This document shows positions 30,504 through 40,190 of a stretch of 64,000 nucleotides of DNA, piece by piece. Both the position numbers and the translations under genes were made by a program. The notes under the pieces are model-generated. The model made no database searches, had not been told where the DNA came from, and saw nothing but the letters and a program-made list of their open reading frames with translations. The stretch is from Candidatus Micrarchaeota archaeon (GTDB lineage: Archaea > Micrarchaeota > Micrarchaeia > Anstonellales > Bilamarchaeaceae): the NCBI GenBank assembly GCA_038046805.1, contig JBBSVO010000006.1, positions 164,452 through 228,451 of the forward strand. Direction: 5' to 3'. Positions within the stretch are counted from its first letter, which is position 1; each line of letters opens with the position of its first letter.

Positions 30504-31097
30504 ATGGATCGCAGGATAATCTCGCTCTACAAAAAACTCCTCTCTCAATTCGGCCCCAAGAAATGGTGGCCCGCTAATTCAGATTACGAAGTAGTCATAG
30601 GTGCAATCCTCACCCAGAACACGAATTGGAAGAATGTTGAGAAAGCAATCTCGAATTTACGTGCGGCAAAAAAACTTAACGAGAAATCGATACTCAAGAT
30701 GCAAGACGCGGAACTCGAAACACTAATCCGTCCAAGCGGATTTTACAAACAAAAAGCTGAGCGGCTCAAACTTGCGACAAGGAAATGGATGGAGTTGAAG
30801 GATAGCCGAGACTTGACTTTGGAAGAACTCCGCACTGAACTTCTATCAGTAAAAGGAATCGGAAAAGAAACTGCGGACAGCATTATCCTATATGCATTCC
30901 ACAGGCCAATCTTTGTAATTGACGCATACACGCGGCGGTTCTGCAAGGAATTTTTCGATGTTGAATTCCGAGACCGGGACTACGACGAATACCGCAAATT
31001 CTTTGAATCCGCATTGCCGAACGATGTCGCGTTGTTCAAGGAATACCATGCGCTGATTGTGGAATGGGGGAAGCAAAATAACAAGCTTCACCTCTAG
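30504..31097 (+). CDS. Endonuclease III-related HhH-GPD glycosylase (no Fe-S tail)
   Basis: WWP, GAILTQNT, IRPSGFY, KGIGKETAD, VIDAY, EYHALIV. Confidence 0.92.
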   Translation: MDRRIISLYKKLLSQFGPKKWWPANSDYEVVIGAILTQNTNWKNVEKAISNLRAAKKLNEKSILKMQDAELETLIRPSGFYKQKAERLKLATRKWMELKDSRDLTLEELRTELLSVKGIGKETADSIILYAFHRPIFVIDAYTRRFCKEFFDVEFRDRDYDEYRKFFESALPNDVALFKEYHALIVEWGKQNNKLHL

Positions 31098-31144
31098 CGT
31101 AAACATTTATAAATCCTTATTACACATAGTTATATGTGAATACC

Positions 31145-31372
31145 ATGGTAAATGTAACAATTGCAGTCCCAGAGGAATTGAAGAAGCTGTTAGATGCCCA
31201 TGCCGAAATAAATTGGAGCGAAGTTGCCAGGCAGGCATGGTGGAAGAAGGCAAGAGAGCTGGAACTTCTGAACAAATTAACCAGGGAAACCAATGCCAGC
31301 GATAAAGACGTGCTCGCACTTGCAAAATTGATAAAAAAAGGAATCGCAGACTGGCATGGTGCACAGATGTAA
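31145..31372 (+). CDS. RHH-type antitoxin
   Basis: NVTIAVPEELK...EINWSEVARQA; precedes PIN gene. Confidence 0.85.
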   Translation: MVNVTIAVPEELKKLLDAHAEINWSEVARQAWWKKARELELLNKLTRETNASDKDVLALAKLIKKGIADWHGAQM

Positions 31373-31386
31373 TCTCAGGTATTTTC

Positions 31387-31800
31387 ATGGAACTTGTTGT
31401 CGACACCAGCGTAGTCGTTGCAGCCATACTTAAGAGCGGGACAACACGCAATCTTCTTTTCAACTCTTTTGTGAAACTTTATTCTCCAGAACGGCTTGAG
31501 GCAGAACTTTTTAAGAACAAGGAAAAGTTTAAGGAGTATGCGAATCTTACAGATGACGAATTCAATAATGCAGTTGAACTTGTGCTGAAACAGATTGAGA
31601 TAATTCCGTTTGAGGAATATCGTGAAAAAGAACCAGAAGCAAAATCGGCATGCAGAAGAGACGAAAGCGATTGGACGTTTGTTGCGCTTGCATTAAGGCT
31701 GAATATTGCGATATGGTCTAACGACCCGGATTTACTGGAGGGTCAGAATAAAGTAAAGGTGTTATCTACTTCTGATTTGTTAAGGATTCTCACTGGATAA
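31387..31800 (+). CDS. PIN-domain (VapC-like) toxin
   Basis: LVVDTSV, D..DWTFVALA, WSND.DL. Confidence 0.92.
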   Translation: MELVVDTSVVVAAILKSGTTRNLLFNSFVKLYSPERLEAELFKNKEKFKEYANLTDDEFNNAVELVLKQIEIIPFEEYREKEPEAKSACRRDESDWTFVALALRLNIAIWSNDPDLLEGQNKVKVLSTSDLLRILTG

Positions 31801-31848
31801 TTTTACGAATATCACGCGCTGATTGTGGAATGGGGGGAGAGCCAGATG

Positions 31849-32484
31849 CTACATCTCGCGTAGCTCTTCAATTTTTTTCCTTTTCCATTTCTTGAACTCC
31901 TGGAAATCCATGCCAAGATATTTTATGTCATTGTCACTGAAGTTTGCAATAACCGCCACGAGCTCTTTTTTGTAATCTTCATTTTCATCAAGTTTGTATT
32001 CTTTTAGAAGTGCAATATATTTTTTCAAATCCACCGGAGCGTAAATCAATAAAGTCAAAATATCTATGGAATCTTTTATTCCCTTTACTGAATTCCGCCT
32101 TGCTATTTCCGCTCCTTGTTTGAGAATCAGCAGAGCCTCTGGCTTTATGGTTTTGATGTTCTGAACTTTGGTAGTATGGTCCTTCATTATATCGTTCACT
32201 GGTAGTGTCAATTCAGAAAAGAACGGAACATATATGTCAATATCGAATTTTTCAAGCTTTATCTCGTATTTGTGGAGCCGTTCGTTCTTTTCCAGTCGGT
32301 AGTTTTGCTGCAATTTCGCCAGAGTTTCATAATCAACAATAATGTCGATATCCTTTGACTTGTGTTTGCCAGTCCACAAATAAGCTGCCCATCCGCCAAT
32401 AAGCACGAAATCAATCTCCTTTGACAGCTCCTGCAGCCTTTCCCAGCTCGCTTGCGTGACAAGTTCATTCCAAAATTCATTCAT
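31849..32484 (-). CDS. Nucleotidyltransferase (AbiEii/type IV TA toxin-like)
   Basis: VLIGGWA, SKDIDI, LK, KG.KD.ID. Confidence 0.8.
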   Translation of the reverse strand: MNEFWNELVTQASWERLQELSKEIDFVLIGGWAAYLWTGKHKSKDIDIIVDYETLAKLQQNYRLEKNERLHKYEIKLEKFDIDIYVPFFSELTLPVNDIMKDHTTKVQNIKTIKPEALLILKQGAEIARRNSVKGIKDSIDILTLLIYAPVDLKKYIALLKEYKLDENEDYKKELVAVIANFSDNDIKYLGMDFQEFKKWKRKKIEELREM

Positions 32485-33083
32485 GCCAAAACCCCATCAA
32501 TTTTTTTCTCAAGCGCCTGCAAAAATTCCTTTGCGTACCAAGAGTTGATGTTCCATAAGTCAACGAACATATTCGCAATTGAGCAGATGCTTTTTTCCGT
32601 AGTTTCATTCAGGTGCGAATCCACTTCGAGCATAATCAGATTTGGAGGGCCGTCCTTTTTCGGAAACTGTCTCTTGAATTCCTTTAGCACCTCATCATCC
32701 GCGTAAACATAAATCTCGCTGTAGTCTGCTGGTACATCGTCGAATTTGAATTTATAGGCGCTGTACGCGGTGTAAACAACTCCTTGCGGCATGTTCTTTT
32801 CTATTTCCTTTATCGTTGTATCCACTCGCGTTTGATAAATAATATTCTTTGATAAATTCCTTTTGCTTGCCCAGAACAAGAGCAGTTTTTTCGGGTCAAT
32901 CAGCCTGAATCCCATAGGGGTTTTCCTTATTGCGCCCATTTCTTCAGTAGGCCTGAGCGCGTAATTCACAGTGCTTAGCGAAATTCCAAGCTTTTTGGCT
33001 ATCGCTAATTGCGTGAACTGAAATTGGCCTTTCTCAATGCGCTGGTAAAGCAGCTCTCGGTATATCCACTCGCTCCTCTGCAT
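32481..33083 (-). CDS. wHTH protein (AbiEi-like antitoxin)
   Basis: TQLAIAKKLGISLSTV, TAYSA, FVDLWN; ATGA-coupled to the NTase. Confidence 0.8.
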   Translation of the reverse strand: MQRSEWIYRELLYQRIEKGQFQFTQLAIAKKLGISLSTVNYALRPTEEMGAIRKTPMGFRLIDPKKLLLFWASKRNLSKNIIYQTRVDTTIKEIEKNMPQGVVYTAYSAYKFKFDDVPADYSEIYVYADDEVLKEFKRQFPKKDGPPNLIMLEVDSHLNETTEKSICSIANMFVDLWNINSWYAKEFLQALEKKIDGVLA

Positions 33084-33140
33084 GTTTCTATTTTTAACAT
33101 TTGTTCTTTATAAAGGTTTCGAAGATTATCGAAAACTACG

Positions 33141-33839
33141 TTATTCATTCAACGGCGGAACATATTTCCGTAATATGACTCTCTCACGTTCAACTCCAAG
33201 ACTTTCCGCAAATTCAATGTACTCTTCTGCTGTTCTTGTTTTCACTTCTCCATCATCAAATCCTATAACAAAACTTGCAAATGTGGCTATTCCACTTTTA
33301 ATACAATTCCGGACGAATTCAATCAATCTTCCGAACGCATCCTCGTCTTTCCATCTTGGTCTGGATATGGCCGCGTATTCATCGCGGTTTATCGCATTAA
33401 CCGAAATTCTTATTTCATCAAGTCCAGCTTCTCTTAATTCTTGTGCCGGATTTCCATCCCTCCAGCATTTTACTAATCCATTCGTGTCTATTCGCATTCT
33501 TCCTGTAAACCCACCCGATTTTGTTCCAGTTATTACTTTACATGCAAGCTCAAATTGCAAAAGCGGTTCTCCAAGTCCAACAAATGCAACCTCACTCGTG
33601 TCCGAGCCAATGTTTGCCCTCAGTTCACGCAATACCTCTTCTGTCAATGGTGCCTTTGCTAGCCACAACTTTGCGCCAGCCTTTTTCTCGTATATATTTG
33701 CTTTGCCTTCTATTGCTGCGCCTCTGCTGCAAAACCTGCATGAATTCGAACAAGAATAACTCGGCACTATATTCACATATAAAATATCCGCTTTTGGGTC
33801 ATACGGGGTTGCAAACTGGTATACTATCCTGTTCTTCAT
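33141..33839 (-). CDS. Radical SAM protein (TatD-associated-like family)
   Basis: LYVNI..CSNSCRFC, FVGLGEP, RIDTNG, ISVNA. Confidence 0.85.
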   Translation of the reverse strand: MKNRIVYQFATPYDPKADILYVNIVPSYSCSNSCRFCSRGAAIEGKANIYEKKAGAKLWLAKAPLTEEVLRELRANIGSDTSEVAFVGLGEPLLQFELACKVITGTKSGGFTGRMRIDTNGLVKCWRDGNPAQELREAGLDEIRISVNAINRDEYAAISRPRWKDEDAFGRLIEFVRNCIKSGIATFASFVIGFDDGEVKTRTAEEYIEFAESLGVERERVILRKYVPPLNE

Positions 33840-34804
33840 TCCATCACCTCCCGTATTTTACCAGGAAATTTTTCAAAATCTGCCCCGTAGTTCGTAAGTA
33901 AGGCAAACATCATTCGTTCCAGCCCGATTCCAGTGCAACCACTCCACAATGCTGTGCAGTTCTGACCAGTAATACTAAATCTTGAAGTCAGGATGGTTGA
34001 GAGAACCGCGCTGCCAGCGACTTCCAAAAATGAGCTTCCGTTTCTGTATCCCGGGCAATATATTTCCAAGTCTTTAACCGGTATTTCATCTAATGTTTGC
34101 GGAGGCCCTAGCTCCCCGGGTTTTATCTCGTAGCATCCACTACCAACAACTATCCGGTATTCTAATCCTAAATCAACGCATAATCTTTCCAATCGGGCAA
34201 GGCATTCCTCTCTAATTTGTATGGTCTGAGCTTTAGTTCCCAAATATATAAATTCTGCCCTATGGAACTCCCTTTGTTTCACAAGAGGAACTATCTTATC
34301 AGAATCCTCGTTTCTATATGTTGGGCCAGAGCAATCAAACCATTTTACGGGCAGGGAACTTGGCTCTATCACGTTTCCTTCAAATATCTGATAAAATGTT
34401 GTACATTGCAAGGGATCCATAAGATATTCTTCCCTGACGCCTTTCGTACTTGAAAATGGTCTGACTACAATTAAATAGTCATCCCAATTACCGGTAATTC
34501 CTGCTTTTCTAAACGTTTTCACTGGGGCAATTTTTGGCAGGACTACTTCCTCAAAGACAAGCGGTTTTTGCATATCCTCCGTAAGCAACGTGCAAACCGC
34601 ATTCAGAAGTCTCGTTCCTTTTGGCAATAGCACATACTGCCCTGAGCCTCTTACGAATTCCTTACAGATATCATTTTCAGCGCGAGCATCAAAGCCCCCC
34701 GGGGTCCCTCTAAATCCTTTCTTCCCTCTTTTGATTAATGCGCCCTCGGTTGTCGGAATTTGTTTGGTTGCAGTTGTCAAAATTGGCATGATATGTTCGC
34801 TCAA
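33836..34804 (-). CDS. Methanogen-type SerRS catalytic-core homolog lacking the tRNA-binding domain
   Basis: PLQCTTFY, LPVK.FD.SGPTYRNE, EFHRAE, WSGCTGIGLER; only 322 aa. Confidence 0.8.
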   Translation of the reverse strand: MSEHIMPILTTATKQIPTTEGALIKRGKKGFRGTPGGFDARAENDICKEFVRGSGQYVLLPKGTRLLNAVCTLLTEDMQKPLVFEEVVLPKIAPVKTFRKAGITGNWDDYLIVVRPFSSTKGVREEYLMDPLQCTTFYQIFEGNVIEPSSLPVKWFDCSGPTYRNEDSDKIVPLVKQREFHRAEFIYLGTKAQTIQIREECLARLERLCVDLGLEYRIVVGSGCYEIKPGELGPPQTLDEIPVKDLEIYCPGYRNGSSFLEVAGSAVLSTILTSRFSITGQNCTALWSGCTGIGLERMMFALLTNYGADFEKFPGKIREVME

Positions 34805-34845
34805 ACCCCTTATTTATATATTTATCCTCCCAAAAGAGACTACAC

Positions 34846-35577
34846 ATGAAAGAAGACATTCTGGAGGATTTGGGGCTGTCAAAAGCCGAGATAAAAGTGT
34901 ATATTTCGCTTCTTGAACTGGGCAGCTCCAGCGCGGGCGCAATCCTTCAAAAATGCGGGCTTCAGAATTCCGTAACCCATCGTGCACTTAACAGTCTCAT
35001 AGAAAAAGGATTAATCAGTTACATCACTGAAGGAAAAAGGAAAACCTACCAGGCAACCAGCCCGGATTTCTTTTATGATTTTATCGAAGATAAGAAAACA
35101 AGGTTTGAGTTGCTGCTTCCGGAATTAAAGAAAAAACAGGAGGGGGCCGAGGCCAGGAGCGAGGCAATGGTTTACAAGGGCAAAAAAGGAATAAACGAAA
35201 TCTACAATCGCTTGTTGAATTCCGGAGAAAAGGAATACCTTACTTTTGGTGGCGGCAAGCGCGTCACTTACGAAGTTATGGGCGAAGACTGGTGGAAGCT
35301 TTTACATTCAAAGCGAATTGCAAGAGGGATTCGTGCAAGGCAGGTCTTTGACGAAACAATAAGAAAATTCGGAGATGAACTCAACAAACGTCCGTTGTCG
35401 CGCGTTCGTTTTCTTTCCCAGGAATTCGAACAATTGACTGAAACCGTAATCGTTGGCGAATGTGTGGCTATTGTTATGTTCACAGAAAATCCATACGGCA
35501 TCCTGATAAGAGACAAGTCTGTTGCCGACAGTTACAGGAAAAATTTTGAAATTCTATGGGAAAAGGCGAGGAAGTAG
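34846..35577 (+). CDS. TrmB-family transcriptional regulator
   Basis: LGLS..EIKVY..LL.LG, L..KGLI, Y.GKKGI, FE.LW. Confidence 0.9.
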   Translation: MKEDILEDLGLSKAEIKVYISLLELGSSSAGAILQKCGLQNSVTHRALNSLIEKGLISYITEGKRKTYQATSPDFFYDFIEDKKTRFELLLPELKKKQEGAEARSEAMVYKGKKGINEIYNRLLNSGEKEYLTFGGGKRVTYEVMGEDWWKLLHSKRIARGIRARQVFDETIRKFGDELNKRPLSRVRFLSQEFEQLTETVIVGECVAIVMFTENPYGILIRDKSVADSYRKNFEILWEKARK

Positions 35578-35586
35578 CCGCAAAAC

Positions 35587-37008
35587 TCAGTACCTGTCCA
35601 ATGCGCCATACTGAAATTTCGGGAAGTAAACGCTCCCACCTATAAATTCCCGCATTATTGAATCTGGAGGTATTTGTGCGATCTGCCCCGCTGTTGCAGT
35701 CTCCAATTTATCAAACAGTGCACATACTCTTTTCGCACGCAAAAGAGCATCTCCTAGTTGCTTATCAGATTGCCGTTCAAAAATTCCAAGGTACTTTCTG
35801 AAAAATCTTTCGGCATGCATCTTGAAAATAGGCAGTTCGTAAGCAAGCCCGCCGTTGATTCTAACATCTGCGGTATTGATCAACGGGAACATGGACCCCT
35901 CTCCTTTTCGTACAAGATACCAGTGCACCAACGTAAGCAGCGTATCCTGCCCTCTTGTGGCAACATCCCTGAGCATCCTTCTTATAAGGCGTACATCTGT
36001 CCATCTGGTATATCTCTCTCCGTCGTGTATTGTGTTCATTGCCTCTATATAGAGCTTGAATTTTTGTTCGTTCGGGACTGCCGAGGTCAGGTCTGGATAA
36101 AGTCCGTGCAGGCAGTCAAATACCAGCACTTCGTTTGGCCCGAGCGCTTGAAATTCCGTATGGTTCGGAATGATCTGCCCGGTTCCGAAATCATATTTCG
36201 GAATCCAAACAACTTCCCCGCGTATTATCCGTTCAAGCACTTCATTAAGTGCCTCAAGGCCGTATGCAAACGGTGTTTCATAATCCCAGTCGCTTACCTC
36301 TTTTCCATCAATTACATAAGCATGCCTCTGGTTTGAGGTTTTTGGCTGGAAGAACATATCCACCTCAAGAGGCCTGAAGGTTGTCTTGCCACGGGTAATA
36401 TCATTTATTGTCCCGCAAATCCTGTTCGCAGTAGTTGTTTTCCCAGAAGATGATGGCCCGCATACTATAAGCATGCGCAATCCTGTCCGCCCAAGGAATT
36501 CCTGTGCCGCATTTTCAAGCTCAACGTGTTTTTGCGCTTCTGCTGCACGGATAAGCTCGCGAGCATCTCTTTCCCTTCCACCGAACCAGGCATTTAATCC
36601 TTCAATGGTATGACAATCATGCTCTTCGTTCCATTTATATACTCTTGAAACTTCCGTGCGCGGAACTCCATCAACAGTAAATTGATCAGCACGGATCAGC
36701 CCCCTTTCCACAAGCTCGACTCCTGCGCCATAAAGCAAATATTCTTCTGCGAGTTCGTATGCACCAATGTTCCACATCGCCTGTTTTACCGCATTTTGGA
36801 CCTCGCCCCTAGTCGCGGTTTCCCTTTTTGTTCCGACAAGCGTCTCCACCGCCGAATCGGTTAAATCCCTTGCCCTTTTCATCGCTGGCCCAAAAGGACA
36901 ATGCTCGGTTCGCATTATCGCATCGGCTATTGCCTGTCTTATCGGAGCCCTGTTAAAATCAGTTTTTGCTCCTTTAATCGGCTGGAAATATTTTAGTGCT
37001 ACTGCCAT
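35587..37008 (-). CDS. ATP-cone + uridine kinase-like P-loop protein
   Basis: FN...I..AI...EVQNAV..A....AEEY.LY; GPSSSGKTT; PKYDF.TG; RLIRR.LRD..RG. Confidence 0.85.
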   Translation of the reverse strand: MAVALKYFQPIKGAKTDFNRAPIRQAIADAIMRTEHCPFGPAMKRARDLTDSAVETLVGTKRETATRGEVQNAVKQAMWNIGAYELAEEYLLYGAGVELVERGLIRADQFTVDGVPRTEVSRVYKWNEEHDCHTIEGLNAWFGGRERDARELIRAAEAQKHVELENAAQEFLGRTGLRMLIVCGPSSSGKTTTANRICGTINDITRGKTTFRPLEVDMFFQPKTSNQRHAYVIDGKEVSDWDYETPFAYGLEALNEVLERIIRGEVVWIPKYDFGTGQIIPNHTEFQALGPNEVLVFDCLHGLYPDLTSAVPNEQKFKLYIEAMNTIHDGERYTRWTDVRLIRRMLRDVATRGQDTLLTLVHWYLVRKGEGSMFPLINTADVRINGGLAYELPIFKMHAERFFRKYLGIFERQSDKQLGDALLRAKRVCALFDKLETATAGQIAQIPPDSIMREFIGGSVYFPKFQYGALDRY

Positions 37009-37069
37009 AAAATTTATGTTGTGGAAACAATATTTAAACCTTGTTTTTACCACAAAATTTGCATCACAC

Positions 37070-37861
37070 TTACTGCAAAATCCGTTCTTCTTCTTTATAG
37101 TCGTGGTGATGAATCGGCCTTAGCCTGAGCATTGACGGGTCAATACCATATGTGGCTTCAATTCTATCCCTAATGTTTCTATCCACTCTCGCGAGCAGGA
37201 ATTGTCTTGCATTCTCGGGCCCGGAATGCCCGCATAGGCGCATTGCGTCGAAAAGCACCTGTTTTCCAGTTTCGGCTCCAAATTTGTCAAGCACTGCTAG
37301 GCATTCAAGATAAAGCATGAAATTTTCCACACAGCTGAAGGCAACTGCAGTGGCATCACCGATAATCATTCCTGCGGTTCTGTTCAAAACCCAGATTGCA
37401 TTGGCACGCATTTTATCCAGTCCTGAGTTATCCGTCCCGACCAGAAATCTTACAGAGTATTTTGCAAGAAGGGAATTTACTAATAATCTCTTTAGAATCT
37501 CTGTTTCATTGTATCTTCTGGATAGCACGTTATCTTCGTACGCATATGCTGCGGATTCTTCCAATGGGTTAGTCCATGCGCCAACAGATGGTATTTTCAA
37601 TCCTGCAACCATTGCATGAAATTCCTCATGAACCTTTGTTCCGAAATCACCAGAGCGCCGCACATCCGAATAAACGATTTTTCCATCATAATACACCCCA
37701 GCATTTTCGCGCAGGCATGCGAATCCGCCATTGCCATTACCCCTTGCCTTTTCCAATTCCCCGATTGCCGTTTTTTTGGCATCTAGTCTGGGCAACCCAT
37801 TTCCGAATACTGTAACTGAAGCAGTAATGACGTGCCTGTCGCATACCGTAATATCTGCCAT
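37070..37861 (-). CDS. orphan with HExxH metallopeptidase-like motif
   Basis: VHEEFHA followed by LEESAAY. Confidence 0.55.
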   Translation of the reverse strand: MADITVCDRHVITASVTVFGNGLPRLDAKKTAIGELEKARGNGNGGFACLRENAGVYYDGKIVYSDVRRSGDFGTKVHEEFHAMVAGLKIPSVGAWTNPLEESAAYAYEDNVLSRRYNETEILKRLLVNSLLAKYSVRFLVGTDNSGLDKMRANAIWVLNRTAGMIIGDATAVAFSCVENFMLYLECLAVLDKFGAETGKQVLFDAMRLCGHSGPENARQFLLARVDRNIRDRIEATYGIDPSMLRLRPIHHHDYKEEERILQ

Positions 37862-38149
37862 GAACTGTCTTTTCTTTAAAGCGGGCATGCAGTTTATTGT
37901 CTGTAGTATGTTATAAAAAATAATCGTACGATGCTGTCGCAGATGTATCGGTATCCTTTTTATTATTTCTCTTTCAAACACCTTCAGGTGATAATATGCC
38001 AAGCTGTTTAAAATGTCAGGATTCGATGCCAGATACAATGTTTTTCCCGTGTTATCTTGAGCAACAAGGGGGAACCGTATATTATTGTTGGAACTGTTAT
38101 GGAACAATGCTCAGCACTCACAAGGCTTTGAAAAAGTGAGTATCAGTAC

Positions 38150-38911
38150 TCATTCAAGCGCATTGTAACTATCCGTCTCAAACGTACAGTTCTTTTCGAG
38201 CGCGCCCGCGATTTCCCAGCAAATCTTTTCCTTTATCTTCATGTAGCTCTCGCGCCCGACCTCAACATTCCCGATTGCGTAATTCTTATTTTTCACATTA
38301 AAACAGAACATTGAATTATGCACATTCTCAACATTATGGCAGAACATTGAATTGGAACAATTCCGTGCTAAATCCATCTCCATGCATGCGGAAAGGTTTG
38401 AGGTATTGTAGCATTTCATGCAGAATTTTGAAGACGCTACACGATAGCAACCAAATAAGGATTCCGAATCTATTGTTGAGAATGAATATGCGGCATTCCT
38501 AGTTTTGAAAATGTCAAACGATTTGTACACGTTGATGCAGTCCAGGTACTCCGTAGTCTCGGATACGTTTATGTTCGTTCCTTCCACGAAATCCGGGACG
38601 AATAATGCGTTCTGTTTGAGTTTTTCCGTTATTGTCGAGAGCGTTTCGTTCGCTCCAATTTCAATTTTTTTGTTTTCCGCTTGCTGCAAATTGTTCCATG
38701 AAACCACTTTCCCGCGCGGGATTTTTCCAAAGAATGCGTAGTTTGGGAGGTATGTGCTTCCAGTCCCGATAACCGAGCGGATGGTTTCGCCATTCGAAAT
38801 CCGTGCGGAAAACCAATCCTCGAATTTGTCAAGTGGCGAGAGTGCGGTTCCGATTATTAATCTTGTAGTAGTTCCGAACGATTTTTCCAGTTCAGGATTT
38901 GTGTTTGCCAT
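38150..38911 (-). CDS. Cys-rich repeat protein (matches C-half of 11902 ORF)
   Basis: CMEMD...C.NSMFCHN.EN..NSMFCFN.KNK.YAIGN. Confidence 0.8.
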   Translation of the reverse strand: MANTNPELEKSFGTTTRLIIGTALSPLDKFEDWFSARISNGETIRSVIGTGSTYLPNYAFFGKIPRGKVVSWNNLQQAENKKIEIGANETLSTITEKLKQNALFVPDFVEGTNINVSETTEYLDCINVYKSFDIFKTRNAAYSFSTIDSESLFGCYRVASSKFCMKCYNTSNLSACMEMDLARNCSNSMFCHNVENVHNSMFCFNVKNKNYAIGNVEVGRESYMKIKEKICWEIAGALEKNCTFETDSYNALE

Positions 38912-38920
38912 GATAATGCC

Positions 38921-39694
38921 TCACGTATCCGGCCCAGCAATCTCGAACAAGGACGGAAATTTCTTATTCCGTGCGAGTTCATCCGCAATTTCCGCAATAA
39001 GTTTAGCTTTCAGTACAAGATACTTCTCTTTCGGCAATTCATTATTTCCGATTATGTTCCGCTTTGAAGTCTGATTAAATGAAAACAAAGCATCGTGACA
39101 GCTTCGGCAATTGAAAGAAAAGAAAAGGTCAGACGAATTTATGGAAAGATACGCTTCAAGGCATCGCACGGATTTGAATGTCACCTGCGTTCTTATTGCA
39201 AACCTTACTTCGCCAACAAGCATGCATCCATAAACGTTTTCGCATTCCCTTGCTCCGTAGGTATATGCGACGTTTTTCGAACGTATGACCTGGTGCGAAG
39301 CCAGTGTAAACGCAGCATCATTGCACGCATCGCTTTGCTCAACTTCAACACAATTGCCAATATTACTATTCCCGCAATAGTAAAGCCGCTCGCTTATAGC
39401 GGAACGGATTGAATCAATATCCTTTATGTCGTTCACATTGATGGCAGGAGTCGCCTGCTTATCAATCTCGTCAAGCGAGACAAATCCCGCCTCGCGCGAG
39501 TAATATTTTCGTGATAAATACACGTCCTTTCCCGATATCGCAGACCGCATCAGAAGCGGCTTCTCAACCATTTCTGAAAGATATTCTTGACATTCCGAAA
39601 GCTGTCCGATTTCCTTTCCGAGGAGGATTTTTGCGGTAGAAAAAAATTGCGAATCGAAATCCATCTGGTGCCCCCAACAAACTACACTACTCAA
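38921..39694 (-). CDS. Cys-rich repeat protein (matches N-half of 11902 ORF)
   Basis: G.EIG.L....L.EMV..P...S.ISGK.V, IN.IKDIDSI. Confidence 0.8.
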   Translation of the reverse strand: MSSVVCWGHQMDFDSQFFSTAKILLGKEIGQLSECQEYLSEMVEKPLLMRSAISGKDVYLSRKYYSREAGFVSLDEIDKQATPAINVNDIKDIDSIRSAISERLYYCGNSNIGNCVEVEQSDACNDAAFTLASHQVIRSKNVAYTYGARECENVYGCMLVGEVRFAIRTQVTFKSVRCLEAYLSINSSDLFFSFNCRSCHDALFSFNQTSKRNIIGNNELPKEKYLVLKAKLIAEIADELARNKKFPSLFEIAGPDT

Positions 39695-40035
39695 AATATT
39701 TTTGTTCCTACAACTGCTTCTTTTTCAGGCATCAGCAAGGCAGTTCCGTGTTTTTCAGTCCTGGCTCCTAAAACAAGCACTTCTGAAATTGCATTTGCGA
39801 TCTGTTTTGGAGGAAAATTAATAACACAGATAACCCGTCGTCCCATTAATTCCTCTTTTGAGTAATTCGTTGCCTGTGCACATGATTTTTTTATTCCAAT
39901 CTCAGATCCAAAATCTATCTTTAGTCTATAGCTTGGTTTTTTTGCTTCTTGAAAATCTTCTATTTCGATTATTTTTCCAACCCTGATTTCTACTTTTTCA
40001 AAATCGTTCCAGGTTATCTGTTCTATCTTTTCCAT
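39691..40035 (-). CDS. csaA: Stand-alone tRNA-binding OB protein (CsaA/Trbp111)
   Basis: DFEKVEIRVGKI, IDFG, NFPPKQIA..SEVL.LG. Confidence 0.9.
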   Translation of the reverse strand: MEKIEQITWNDFEKVEIRVGKIIEIEDFQEAKKPSYRLKIDFGSEIGIKKSCAQATNYSKEELMGRRVICVINFPPKQIANAISEVLVLGARTEKHGTALLMPEKEAVVGTKIF

Positions 40036-40130
40036 ACTCTATCACGTCCATTTTACTTATTTTAACTTTTCATAAAAAAAATCCTACAAAATTAGAAAGA
40101 TTTATATACTTTATAGTATTATGTTGAAAT

Positions 40131-40190
40131 GGAAAGGCAAGGAGCCGAGGTCCTCCCAAAGGAAATTCATCTCCCCCTCGGCGACCTTCC
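40131..40190 (+). ncRNA. candidate small structured RNA
   Basis: GC-rich GGAAAGG..GCCGAGG/CCTCGGC..CCTTCC hairpin ~30 nt after a TTTATATA box. Confidence 0.35.

Noticed and set aside
33082..33759. 225-aa + strand ORF
   Set aside because: Antisense to the radical SAM gene
40131..40190. SRP RNA or known riboswitch
   Set aside because: No SRP helix-8 GNRA/AGCAG motif, and no fluoride, TPP or SAM consensus visible
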